This document shows positions 9,457 through 19,073 of a stretch of 64,000 nt of DNA, piece after piece; the stretch's first letter is position 1; each line of letters starts with the position of its first letter. The DNA is taken from assembly GCA_965238275.1 (NCBI GenBank), contig OZ250186.1:576001-640000 (forward strand). The letters are read 5' to 3'. The translations under genes were made by a program, and so were the position numbers. The stretch is from Nitrosopumilus sp. Its GTDB lineage: Archaea > Thermoproteota > Nitrososphaeria > Nitrososphaerales > Nitrosopumilaceae. Below the pieces are notes generated by a model. It worked only from the letters and a program-made list of their open reading frames with translations, ran no database searches and was not told where the DNA came from.

Positions 9457-9944
9457 TTCGAACACTTTTCATAATATTTAATTGCCGTCTCCTGTGCCTC
9501 GGACTGGACGGAGCCTGGTCTCTTCTCTCGGATCATCGTAATTGCCGCATCGGCAGAATAACCATGGTGTCTTACAAAATAGCATGCAAGGACGGTACCG
9601 GCCCTGCCCAAGCCGGCTGCACAGTGGACCATCACCGGTCGGTTCTGCTGGATCTGCTCATGGATAAAAGACACAGCCTCATCCAACCGGTCCACATCAG
9701 GGGCCGTAAAATCCGGCGTGGGGACATGCAGGTAGTCCATGTCGCGTGTCCAGTCTTCTGGCAGAGCCCTTTCAGTCATGGTGACTACGGCCTGCACGTC
9801 TTGGTGCATGATCCAGTCAATCTCAGAGCGGCTTGTTGGCATCCCGGAACCGGCCAGCCTGCCTTCCAGTAACCAAGAAAAGTTTGTGGGTCTCTTTGTA
9901 ATCCTGCCGTGAACCTTTCGCCATATGTTTCCAGGTTTGCTCAT
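9453..9944 (-). CDS. Dual-specificity protein phosphatase
   Basis: VHCAAGLGRAG (CX5R); PDFTAP general-acid loop. Confidence 0.9.
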   Translation of the reverse strand: MSKPGNIWRKVHGRITKRPTNFSWLLEGRLAGSGMPTSRSEIDWIMHQDVQAVVTMTERALPEDWTRDMDYLHVPTPDFTAPDVDRLDEAVSFIHEQIQQNRPVMVHCAAGLGRAGTVLACYFVRHHGYSADAAITMIREKRPGSVQSEAQETAIKYYEKCSN

Positions 9945-9985
9945 ATTACTTGTCTAGCAGGCACCATATTTTTAGCATTGCAACA

Positions 9986-10630
9986 TTACAGGGCTACGGC
10001 TCTTACCGGGGAGCCGGTCGCGCCTTTGAGGTTTAGCGGGAGGACGGCAAAATCAAACTCCAGGGATGGAATCTTGTCCAAGTTTGCCAGATTCTCTACG
10101 ATCAGAATATTCTTCCTGGAGAATATGCAGTGGGTGCCAAATGATTCATCGCGTCCAAGGTCTATGCTCGGAGAGTCTGTTCCGACCAGGTTGACTTTCT
10201 TTGATGCAAGATATCTGGCAGCGGATGTGTCCAGTCCAGGATTACGCGTGAAATAGCTTCTGTCCTCCAGATTTTTCTGCCATCCAGTAAAAAAGAAGAC
10301 TGACGAACCGTCGGGAATCATTCCGTTCTCCTTTTCAAAAAGCATGATGTCTGCCTCCGTTATGGCAGAGTCAGCGTCCCTTGGAAGTTTGAGGAGAATT
10401 CCCCTCCTCCCGATCAGCCTGTCAAGCGGGATTTGGTGGATTGCAAGGCCGTCGGATGCAAAGTGGTACGGCGCATCAATATGCGTACCTGTGTGGGAGC
10501 TTAGGAACAGCAGTTCAAGGTTGTACCCGTCGTCTTTGATGTCAGACCACGGTATCAACTGTGGCCCCGGGGATCCTGGAAAGACAGGCAGGGTGGGAGA
10601 TATGGCAAGCGTAAGATCTATTGGTTTCAT
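9986..10630 (-). CDS. Cyclase/KynB-like metal-dependent hydrolase
   Basis: HTGTHIDAPYH, GTDSPSID, GSPVRAVA. Confidence 0.9.
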   Translation of the reverse strand: MKPIDLTLAISPTLPVFPGSPGPQLIPWSDIKDDGYNLELLFLSSHTGTHIDAPYHFASDGLAIHQIPLDRLIGRRGILLKLPRDADSAITEADIMLFEKENGMIPDGSSVFFFTGWQKNLEDRSYFTRNPGLDTSAARYLASKKVNLVGTDSPSIDLGRDESFGTHCIFSRKNILIVENLANLDKIPSLEFDFAVLPLNLKGATGSPVRAVAL

Positions 10631-11132
10631 ACCAACGTGACAGAATGGCAGTTAATCAGTTTTTCAGTATGCGCACAGGATGAAAATTTATCAGATAAAT
10701 GGCTCCAGATCTGTTGCCCTCACGGTTTGGCTGTGTTTTTTGGATGGAAGGTGTGGGTTTGTTCCCGCATGTATGTCGTAGTATTCTTCACGGTCTTGCG
10801 CGGCATTCCGGACTAAAAAATACGCGCCTCCGGTAATGGGTATGGTTCGTGGGTGTGTTTCAAAATATCAACGCCGTCTTGTTTCTTCAGAATGTCGTAT
10901 CCCAATCCCAAAAAAGATGTCGGCTTTCGGTATTTTAAAAAATTATTTTGCGGACAGGAGGATCATATCAGACGGCGAGCCGCAGAGTCATCAGGATAGG
11001 CGTAAGGCTGTCTGCCAAAAAATAGGCGTAAAATTTGTGCAGGTGTGCGGGCTGGTCCATTGAACAAACAGCACTAATTTCGTATCCGGGCGGACTATGA
11101 AAGGTTAAATACTCTTTGGGGGGAAAACTCTT

Positions 11133-11390
11133 GTGCCAACTGCATATGTTCTATTGAATTCCGATTTGGGATCCGATGAATCAGTAATCAACGAGGTAAA
11201 GCAGGTTCTAGTCAGCGAGGAGCTTAAGCACGAGGTTCAGGGGGTCTACGGGGTCTACGACATAGTTCTGAAGATATCCTCTGAGGACGGAGAGAAGCTA
11301 CGCGCAGTCATTACCAACAGGATCAGGAAGATCGGCAAGGTTCAGTCGACGCTGACCATGATGGTAATAGAAGAACAGGAGAACCTATAG
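11133..11390 (+). CDS. Lrp/AsnC ligand-binding domain protein
   Basis: AYVLLN..VYGVYDIVLKI..IRKI..STLTM. Confidence 0.88.
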   Translation: MPTAYVLLNSDLGSDESVINEVKQVLVSEELKHEVQGVYGVYDIVLKISSEDGEKLRAVITNRIRKIGKVQSTLTMMVIEEQENL

Positions 11391-12536
11391 CTTTCTTAGC
11401 GCATCGGCCACTTCAAGTATCTGCGACTCGGTGTTGAAGAAGTGAGGCGATGCCCGTACGGTTCCGGTATTCATTACGCCCCTGACTGCCAGTATGATGC
11501 TCTGTTTTTCCAACCGGGTCACGACGTCGCGTGGATCAATCCCGGATATGTTGAAGGACACGATGCTGGTTCTCTCCTCTTCACTGTCAGGCCCGTACAG
11601 TATGACGTTTGGGATGCAGGCCAGCTCGTCACGGAGTAGTGTCGAGAGGCTCCGGTTCTTTTTGCAAATGTTGTCCATACCAAACTTTTGCAGATACCTT
11701 GCAGACGATTCAAGTCCGACTGCTCCAGCATAGTTTCGAAACCCTGTCTGAAACCTGTCGGAGAGTTCCTTAAAGGCAGGGTCTGTCTCATCGTAGTGCG
11801 AAACAGACGCTCTGCTGACGGTTGCAGGCTCAAGCAGGTGGTTTGAGTCCCGGCTACAGTAAAACACGCCAATGTCCATCGGGCCACAGAGCCACTTGGA
11901 ACCGTTAAAGGACATAAAGTCGCATCCGATTCGGGAGACATCGACATCGTCCAGACACCCTACGGTCTGGGCACCGTCAACGAGGAACGGGGCCCTTCCA
12001 TGGATTATTCGTCCGGCCTCCCGTACCGGGAGTATCGAGCCTATGTTGTACAGGGCATGGCTGAGGGTCACAAGTCCGGTATTTTCGTCCAGCATGGGCC
12101 CCAGATCATCAGGGTCAAAGAAGCCATTCTGGTCTACTGGAAGACTTCTAATCTCGGTTCTGTCGCCAAGTCTGAGCCACGGACGCAGGTTGGATTGATG
12201 CTCGTGAAGCATTTGACGCATTATCATATTGGAGCCTGCACCAAGCGGGAGCCTGTCTGCCACTATGTTGATTCCCTCGGTGGCGCTCCGGGTAAAAACC
12301 ACCTCCTCGGGCCTGCAGGAGATTATCTGTGAGATGGCTTGTTTTGCACTGTGAAGCTTCTCAGTGACAAACGACAGGGACTCCTTCGAGTCAGGGCCGA
12401 CGGAGTTGTATGATATTAAAAACTCCCTCATGGCATCTATGCTCTGGGATGGCATGATGGAGGCAGAGGCGCTGTTCAGATAGATCTTTTCAGAGTCTGG
12501 AAAGTCGCCGGAGACGTCCCTTGATGCAAAGTTCAT
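11385..12536 (-). CDS. Class V PLP-dependent enzyme (cysteine desulfurase-like fold)
   Basis: IYLNSAS, VDGAQ, GSKWLCGP, RASPHFFN. Confidence 0.85.
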   Translation of the reverse strand: MNFASRDVSGDFPDSEKIYLNSASASIMPSQSIDAMREFLISYNSVGPDSKESLSFVTEKLHSAKQAISQIISCRPEEVVFTRSATEGINIVADRLPLGAGSNMIMRQMLHEHQSNLRPWLRLGDRTEIRSLPVDQNGFFDPDDLGPMLDENTGLVTLSHALYNIGSILPVREAGRIIHGRAPFLVDGAQTVGCLDDVDVSRIGCDFMSFNGSKWLCGPMDIGVFYCSRDSNHLLEPATVSRASVSHYDETDPAFKELSDRFQTGFRNYAGAVGLESSARYLQKFGMDNICKKNRSLSTLLRDELACIPNVILYGPDSEEERTSIVSFNISGIDPRDVVTRLEKQSIILAVRGVMNTGTVRASPHFFNTESQILEVADALRKL

Positions 12537-12559
12537 TATTATATCTGTGAGATGCTAGT

Positions 12560-13153
12560 GTGGTGTTGGATAAAAGTCCTAGACAGGTCTCGGAGAGTCC
12601 GTCATCTGTAATGGAGGAGCTTGGCAGGTGCATGCCCGGGGTAGTGCTCTGCTCGGAGCCGTTTGACAAAATGGAATTTCTTGACATGATGATCAGGTGT
12701 ACTAGATATCCGGTAATCTTTGTAGACATGGATCTGCTTTACACAGGATATGTCGAATCAGGCATGATTCACAGAAGGAGTGATGTGACGGTATTTCATC
12801 CCGGCAGACAGGACTGGATGACGGAGTTTTCCAGGATAGTCTCGGCAGCATCCAGGAAGAGAACCCTTGTAGTTATAGACTCGCTTAACGGGATACATGG
12901 CACGTTTGACGACATAGAGTCGGCTGGATTCGTCAACTCCTGCATAATGCTGCTTGCCTCACTTGGAAGGCAGGCAGGCTCTCCGGTCATAGTTACAGCA
13001 AGGGCAAGAACAAGGAACAGCCGGGGATGGGTCCTGTCCCCAGGGGGAAGGCAGATTATCAGATCAAGGGAGGCAGGCTGCTACCTTCTCAAGAGGGTGG
13101 ACGACAAGCTTGTGTTGGAGCAGGTTCGAAGGGATGAAGTCGATCAGTCATGA
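12560..13153 (+). CDS. Hypothetical protein (degenerate RecA-like fold)
   Basis: VIFVDMD and LVVIDSLN Walker-B-like strands; no clear Walker A. Confidence 0.6.
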   Translation: MVLDKSPRQVSESPSSVMEELGRCMPGVVLCSEPFDKMEFLDMMIRCTRYPVIFVDMDLLYTGYVESGMIHRRSDVTVFHPGRQDWMTEFSRIVSAASRKRTLVVIDSLNGIHGTFDDIESAGFVNSCIMLLASLGRQAGSPVIVTARARTRNSRGWVLSPGGRQIIRSREAGCYLLKRVDDKLVLEQVRRDEVDQS

Positions 13154-13162
13154 TGCGATCAG

Positions 13163-13199
13163 TTTTAAACGCCGTTATAAAATTTCAAACGCCGTTATA
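13163..13199. repeat. Direct repeat with 20-bp period upstream of the ferredoxin
   Basis: TTT(T/C)AAACGCCGTTATA at 13163-13179 and 13183-13199. Confidence 0.8.
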
Positions 13200-13253
13200 G
13201 CCAGATTTTTTTAGGCAAGTTATATTAAGCACAAATTCAGATTCAATTTCGAT

Positions 13254-13553
13254 ATGCCAGTAGGAATTATTCCGGACATCAGCGAACAAATGTGCATTGG
13301 ATGCGCATTGTGTGTAGAGATCTGCACCACGTTGGGACCAGATGTACTTAGGGTAAAACCAGTTGAAGGCTGGAAGAGGGGTAAGGCATTTGTCTTCTAC
13401 CCAGAAAGATGTATCTCTGACGGTGCATGCATAGGTGTATGCCCAACAAAGGCAATTTTCTGGATGAGGCCAATGGACTTTACCGTAGGACAACCAGTTC
13501 CACTCTACAAGGACTCAGTCTTCGTCAAAGGTTGGACCGAACTGATCGATTAG
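13254..13553 (+). CDS. 4Fe-4S dicluster ferredoxin
   Basis: CIGCALCVEIC and CISDGACIGVCP. Confidence 0.92.
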   Translation: MPVGIIPDISEQMCIGCALCVEICTTLGPDVLRVKPVEGWKRGKAFVFYPERCISDGACIGVCPTKAIFWMRPMDFTVGQPVPLYKDSVFVKGWTELID

Positions 13554-13627
13554 ATTCGTTCAACCATTTTTAATTTCTTTTTTGTTTTCTTAGAATGTCA
13601 ATGGGTGTGCCTTGCTGTCAAAAGTGT

Positions 13628-14773
13628 TCATTTTCCAAAGCCAAACCTTAAGGTCCAGCGGCTCTTGGGCGTGGACGGCTTCCTTGAGAGATTGGCAAGC
13701 ATGTCATATGTGATGGTAAATCCGGCACCCACCATAGTGGCATCCTTGCCGTAGATCTCCCTGTCAGGTACGAACTCGTCGGCTAGACTCCGAATCTTCC
13801 TAGTCTTGAGATCAAACAACCGGATCCTCATGCCGTCCTCCAGCTGGATTATTGCATCTCCGCTAAGGCCCTGAATTGAGAATTTTTCAAAGAACCGTAT
13901 CAGGCCGCCGCGCCGCAGTTCTATTACCGAGTCGTATGTGAGCTTGCCCCCGTAGAACAATACCTCCCGTGCAGAGATCCTCACATCATCCTCCACGTTT
14001 AGGACTATTACCGTATCAGCCTCAAGGGAGACTGTGTTTACAACGTTTTCGGCTATGATCTTTCCCTTCGGGGCCGATATGCGTGTCCGGTGTTCCCGGG
14101 TCTGGTATATCCCGACTCTTCCTTCTGCGTCATCAACCCTGTATTTTCTGCCAAAGATGTTTCCCACTACTGCGTTTCCGTCATCAACGGTAAGCCAAGC
14201 ACCGTTTTCAATCTTGTACTTGTTTTCCAGCGGATCTATGAACCTGAAGTCGCCGCGGACCAGATGTATGTGGGTCCGGTATTCCTCTGTCCATGAGGGG
14301 CTTGTGATGTTGCCTTGCATGACGACAGGTCCGTCATAGGTAAGGGACCCGGCCATAAAGTTGCCCTTTATTGACAGGGCGCCTGACGCCTTCCTTTCAA
14401 GCTCAATCTCGCCAAGCGTCTTTGAGCCAAACAGTCTTGTTGCAGTTGCCCCGGCCCTGTTGAGCGCTGCGGCCCACTCCTCTGCAGTCTTCATCTCCTT
14501 GAAGATCTGTTGTCCTAGAATCTGGTTCCTTCTTCTGGCATCAGTGTCTAGATCCTCTGCATACACCCGGGTGTTCTTTATCTTTTCAAGATCCGTATCG
14601 GGGTACTTTTTGTCTATCTTGAGATCCTCGTATGCCTGCTTGATCTCGATGAACTGTTCGTTTTCGCCGCCCCGGTCCGAATGGAGTTGGAGAGCCAGGC
14701 GTCGGAACGCGTCCCTGATCTCTCTTTGTGTGGATCCCTCTGCAATTCCCAGTATGTCATAGTTGTTCTTCAT
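13628..14773 (-). CDS. J-domain-containing protein
   Basis: NYDILGI..IRDAFRRLALQLHSDRGG..FIEIKQAYEDL (HSD instead of HPD). Confidence 0.85.
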   Translation of the reverse strand: MKNNYDILGIAEGSTQREIRDAFRRLALQLHSDRGGENEQFIEIKQAYEDLKIDKKYPDTDLEKIKNTRVYAEDLDTDARRRNQILGQQIFKEMKTAEEWAAALNRAGATATRLFGSKTLGEIELERKASGALSIKGNFMAGSLTYDGPVVMQGNITSPSWTEEYRTHIHLVRGDFRFIDPLENKYKIENGAWLTVDDGNAVVGNIFGRKYRVDDAEGRVGIYQTREHRTRISAPKGKIIAENVVNTVSLEADTVIVLNVEDDVRISAREVLFYGGKLTYDSVIELRRGGLIRFFEKFSIQGLSGDAIIQLEDGMRIRLFDLKTRKIRSLADEFVPDREIYGKDATMVGAGFTITYDMLANLSRKPSTPKSRWTLRFGFGK

Positions 14774-15039
14774 GTCATGCCAACAGAATTAGTGTGTGGG
14801 GTTTCCCTACTTTTAGGTTATCAGGATTGGGGGAGAATTGTGAAGCCGTGGTGTTTCCTGCCAAGCATTCCTGAGACCTGACCCCAGAAGGAGGGTTCCT
14901 CTGAAAGGTATCATTGCAAGGATCGCCAAATCCCCAATGCCAGGAAATGTGTAGGACTTGCAAGTGCCGTTATCATTGGCATTGCAAGCATCAGTCTTGA
15001 CCGTCTGGACTCCTCATAACTATGCTGTAAATATGACAT

Positions 15040-15738
15040 TCATGCTGGAACGGGATCCTGCTTTTTGGATCTTGCAAGTGCTGTTGCAGCAACGGCAATA
15101 CCTACTAGTCCAAGAACGATGCCGGCATAGCCGATCGTCTGCGCAGATTCCGCACCCGTGACGGACTGCTTGAGATCTTCAACGTCGGCTACAAGTGCGT
15201 CATGATCCGTGCCCGTGACGGACTGCTTGAGATCTTCAACGTCGGCTACAAGTGCGTCATGATCCGCACTTAGCAGGTTTAATGTAAGATCCAGGAGTTG
15301 GGGAAATTCTATTTGGGTGCGGTCGTTTACCTTTGGCGGATGCATGGACAGACTGATAGGGGCGTCGTGTATTTGCCCTAGAATGTTTGCCTGATAGAAT
15401 CCTGATACTGTCGGGGTTACAAACGCATAGTACTTGCCAGGTATGTCGTGGTCAGCCGCAAGTGGGAGTATGATGTCGTTACCTTTGAAGACCAGTTGAA
15501 TCTTGATGTCCTTTCTCAGTCCATCTATGCCGTTTTGGAACACCTGTTCTTCAAGTTCCAGACCGGGCTCAAGCGGGCTCACATAAAACTCAATGCCATT
15601 TGTTTCGCCGGAGACGACAGGTTCATTCAGCCAGCCGATCTCAACCCTGTACTCTCCGACAGAATCTACTGTATGTGCGTGAGCAGTCCCAAGCAACCCC
15701 GGGACGACAAGCAGGAGAACCAGATATTGAGATCTCAA
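15040..15738 (-). CDS. Exported, C-terminally membrane-anchored hypothetical protein
   Basis: Signal peptide ending AHAH; IGWLNEP; coiled-coil linker; C-terminal TM helix. Confidence 0.75.
   Translation of the reverse strand: MRSQYLVLLLVVPGLLGTAHAHTVDSVGEYRVEIGWLNEPVVSGETNGIEFYVSPLEPGLELEEQVFQNGIDGLRKDIKIQLVFKGNDIILPLAADHDIPGKYYAFVTPTVSGFYQANILGQIHDAPISLSMHPPKVNDRTQIEFPQLLDLTLNLLSADHDALVADVEDLKQSVTGTDHDALVADVEDLKQSVTGAESAQTIGYAGIVLGLVGIAVAATALARSKKQDPVPA
15155..15266. repeat. In-frame tandem duplication with 57-bp period
   Basis: Identical 55-mers at 15155-15209 and 15212-15266; encodes DHDALVADVEDLKQSVTG twice. Confidence 0.95.
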
Positions 15739-15987
15739 TAATTACACGACGCAGAAGAGAATAAAGAATGTTTGGAGTTTTTGGGTATTATACCATGTTT
15801 CATGTTTGTGTGTGATGGATTTTGCAGGTTGGCATACCTGCATTGTAAAGTCCGCTGAGAATGCCCACAGAACAGAAACCAAAGAATATGTTTTGATCAT
15901 TGATGGTCTGTAGAGCCTGCTCTGCATCCAACGTGTAGTTCTAGACAGGGTGGTTTGTAATACTGAATGGTAACAGGAGTAAAGGGA

Positions 15988-17334
15988 TCAACTAGTCTTT
16001 GCAGACTTGATGCGGGCCAGTTCCTCTTCAAAGAAGAACTTGTCACCAGATATAGGCTTTAGATCGTCAAGCCAGATTGCGTCTGCATCATACTTTGCGA
16101 AGAATGGGTTGCGTGTCCAGTCAGGATTCCTGCCCTGCAGGAATCTCAGAACCAGCAGCTTCTCACCGTTAATCTCTGTGGTTCCCACTACCTGTACCTT
16201 ACCAGGTGTTGCAGACATGCTTGGTCCACGAACCGTCCTTCCCAATCCGCTTACAGTAGAGTATGCCTTGCTGAATATCTCGTATGCCCTTACCAGAGGG
16301 ACGCCAAAGTAGTGCTGGGCGCCGGTATCTCTGACTACAAACATGTAGTATGGAATACAGCCCATCTGAACCTGCTTTCTCCACATCTCGGCCCACATAT
16401 CTGCATCATCGTTAATGTGGGCAAGTAGCGGTGACTGTGTCCTGATTTGGGCACCAGTCTTTCTGACCTCTTGAATTGCTGTTTTTAGGGAACCAGTCGA
16501 CATCTCGTTGAGGTGGTTAAAGTGGGCCATGATTGCCAGATGCAGCCCGCTGTCAGTAATCCTACTAAACGTCTCCAACATCTCTTGGGAATCTACATCG
16601 GTAAGAAATTTGTACGGCCAGTAGGATAATGCCTTTGTTCCAATCCGGATCGTCTTGAGATTTGGAAGTTTGGACTCTATGAGGGCATCAACGTATTTTG
16701 CAAACATCTTTGCCCGCATAATCATCGGATCGCCTCCCGTGAAGAGCACGTCGGTAATCTCGGGATGTTCTGAGACATACTGCACCAATTGTTCGCCTTC
16801 CTGCATGGCAAACTTCATCTCATCCATTCCCACAAACTGCGGCCACCTAAAGCAAAAGCTGCAGTATGCGTGACATGTCTGGCTCTGACTTGGGAAGAAC
16901 AGGCAGGTCTCCTTGTATTTGTGCTGCATCCCAAACAGCTTGGTTCCGTCTTGGAGTGTTGGAACGTTGAGCTCCATCTGGCCTGCCGGGTGGGGGTTCA
17001 GCTTCAGACGAATATCATTTGCAACGGCGGCAATCTCCTTTTTATCAGAATTGTTCTTTAATGCAGTCTCCATCATGGTGTAATGCTCCGGTTTGAGCAT
17101 CCCCCTCTGAGGAAATGTCAGGACGAACATGGGATCGTTTGGGATGTTGTTCCAGTCAATCAGTTGTTCTACGACGTAGTTGTTTGCCTTGAAGGGCAGA
17201 ACGTTTCCCACCACCTCCATCTCAAATTTGGCCTCCTCGGTCATCCCTTCAATTTGCGGAAGCTTGCGAAAATTAGACAGCGTATATGACTTTAGTGAGG
17301 GTCTACTATCCCAGACAGATTCTTGATGTGTCAT
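15988..17334 (-). CDS. KamA-family radical SAM aminomutase (lysine 2,3-aminomutase-like)
   Basis: HKY..CHAYCSFCFR, LFTGGDP, IRIGT, HFNH, PYYMF. Confidence 0.88.
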   Translation of the reverse strand: MTHQESVWDSRPSLKSYTLSNFRKLPQIEGMTEEAKFEMEVVGNVLPFKANNYVVEQLIDWNNIPNDPMFVLTFPQRGMLKPEHYTMMETALKNNSDKKEIAAVANDIRLKLNPHPAGQMELNVPTLQDGTKLFGMQHKYKETCLFFPSQSQTCHAYCSFCFRWPQFVGMDEMKFAMQEGEQLVQYVSEHPEITDVLFTGGDPMIMRAKMFAKYVDALIESKLPNLKTIRIGTKALSYWPYKFLTDVDSQEMLETFSRITDSGLHLAIMAHFNHLNEMSTGSLKTAIQEVRKTGAQIRTQSPLLAHINDDADMWAEMWRKQVQMGCIPYYMFVVRDTGAQHYFGVPLVRAYEIFSKAYSTVSGLGRTVRGPSMSATPGKVQVVGTTEINGEKLLVLRFLQGRNPDWTRNPFFAKYDADAIWLDDLKPISGDKFFFEEELARIKSAKTS

Positions 17335-17437
17335 GCATTGTATAGGAGCCCTGTAATTTTAAATGTATGGGTTTATGACGATTATAATTTCTATTGAATG
17401 GTTCCTTTGGAATTAAGAATGAATGGTTTGGGGCAGG

Positions 17438-17547
17438 AGTTTGCAGTGGTTTTGAGAATAATATATAAAGAAGTTTGCAGTAGTTTTGAAAGTAATATAT
17501 AAAGAAGTTTGCAGTAGTTTTGAAAGTAATATATAAAGAAGTTTGCA
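17438..17547 (+). repeat. 34-bp tandem repeat, about 3.2 copies, each with a TATA-like box
   Basis: AGTTTGCAGTAGTTTTGAAAGTAATATATAAAGA; copies start at 17438 (3 mismatches), 17472, 17506 and 17540 (partial). Confidence 0.92.
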
Positions 17548-17558
17548 ATATCAAAAAT

Positions 17559-19073
17559 ATGATCAAGGAAAAAGATCTACGCGATCAAAATCCATGGTGG
17601 AAGGGAAAAAGAAAAATTTCCAAGGATAAAAAAATCAAAGAATGGGAAAGGACCGAGATAAGATATGATCCCAGACTCAGACATACGATTAGGTATGATT
17701 TCGAATCAGATAATACGGTTGTTTACACATTGTGTGGACCAAGACAGGTTGGTAAAACAACACTTGTTAAATTACAGATCAGGGATTTTCTGGGAAAGGG
17801 AATAAACCCATGGAACATCCTGTATTATTCACTCGACTTGGTCAGAACCCCAGAAGGTATTGTTGAACTAATTGAACTGTATCTGAAACTTAGCGCCAGA
17901 CAAAGAAAAAACAAACGTTATTATTTATTTTTGGATGAAGCCTCACCAATTACTGACTGGCAAAATGGAATCAAATGGTTGGTGGATTCAGACAAATTAA
18001 TCAATTGTACAATAATGGCTACAGGCTCACAGGCCATTAACATTAAAAATGCTACGGAAAAGCTACCAGGACGAAAAGGAATAATCGATGACAATTATGA
18101 CAAAATCCTACCTCCTATGAAGTTTGTAGAATATGCATCATTGTTAAATCAGGATATGGGGGAACTGATCGAACAGAATGGCTTGCTTAGATGCGAGAAC
18201 AGAAGACGTGTTCTAAAAAAATTATTCACAGGAGAGATGGATGAAAAACTGGATAGATTACGTGCGTATCAGAACGAAACTGATGATTTGCTTGAGGAAT
18301 ACATGCTGACGGGTGGAATTCCAAAAGTAATTGATGGAAAAATCAAAACAAACACCATTCATGAGAGTGTCTATACAACTTATCTGCACGGTATTACAGG
18401 ACAATGGAATAAACTGTCAAAAAATGAAGGGTTGTTAAAGCAGTTTGGAGCTTCCATGATCAAAAGTCAAGGCAGTCATGTCTCGTGGAACAGTCTTGCA
18501 AAAAACGCCGCACTGGGAAATTCGATCACAGCAATAGATTATGCAGCCACTTTGGAGAATATGCTTGTCCTGTTAGATATTCCTCGATATTGTGACAAGC
18601 AGAAGACATTAATGAGTATCAAGGATAAAAAGTTCTATTTTCATGATCCGTTCTTTTTGCATGTTTTTAATGGATGGACAAGCCCAAATGCCAATTTTGA
18701 GACTGCACTAACATATCTTGAGGACGAAATCAATCAAAGCAAAATTGTAGGGGGTATTGTAGGGGATCACCTGGTTAGATTGGCGTTTGCAACCAGTAAG
18801 AAAAAGCAGACATTTGACTATCATGATCACGTATTCTACTGGAAGGATGACAAAAACAGGGAGGTGGATTTTGTTTTATACAACGGGAGTGATATTGAGG
18901 TTCCCATTGAAATAAAATACCGAAACAAGATCAATCACAAGGAACTGGCACCCTTGGTAAATTTTCTTGACCGTACAGGGAACAGTGCAGGAATAGTAAT
19001 CTCAAGGTCAACATGGGATGTAAGGACAGATTATGTGATTATCCCCGCGTCCATATTTTTATTGCTGATATGA
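17559..19073 (+). CDS. AAA+ ATPase with C-terminal PD-(D/E)XK-like domain (AAA_14/DUF4143 type)
   Basis: QNPWW, GPRQVGKTT, LFLDE, TGS, LPGR, GGIP, KFYFHDPF, REVDFVL..IEIKY; visibly AT-rich. Confidence 0.88.
   Translation: MIKEKDLRDQNPWWKGKRKISKDKKIKEWERTEIRYDPRLRHTIRYDFESDNTVVYTLCGPRQVGKTTLVKLQIRDFLGKGINPWNILYYSLDLVRTPEGIVELIELYLKLSARQRKNKRYYLFLDEASPITDWQNGIKWLVDSDKLINCTIMATGSQAINIKNATEKLPGRKGIIDDNYDKILPPMKFVEYASLLNQDMGELIEQNGLLRCENRRRVLKKLFTGEMDEKLDRLRAYQNETDDLLEEYMLTGGIPKVIDGKIKTNTIHESVYTTYLHGITGQWNKLSKNEGLLKQFGASMIKSQGSHVSWNSLAKNAALGNSITAIDYAATLENMLVLLDIPRYCDKQKTLMSIKDKKFYFHDPFFLHVFNGWTSPNANFETALTYLEDEINQSKIVGGIVGDHLVRLAFATSKKKQTFDYHDHVFYWKDDKNREVDFVLYNGSDIEVPIEIKYRNKINHKELAPLVNFLDRTGNSAGIVISRSTWDVRTDYVIIPASIFLLLI

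Noticed and set aside
14775-15039. Short inverted segments suggesting a structured RNA or decayed MITE
   Set aside because: Only 7-8 bp stems, no target duplication and no recognisable RNA family
17438-17547. 34-bp repeats containing TTGAAAG that resemble a CRISPR array
   Set aside because: The units are head-to-tail with no unique spacers and there are no cas genes; this is a tandem repeat
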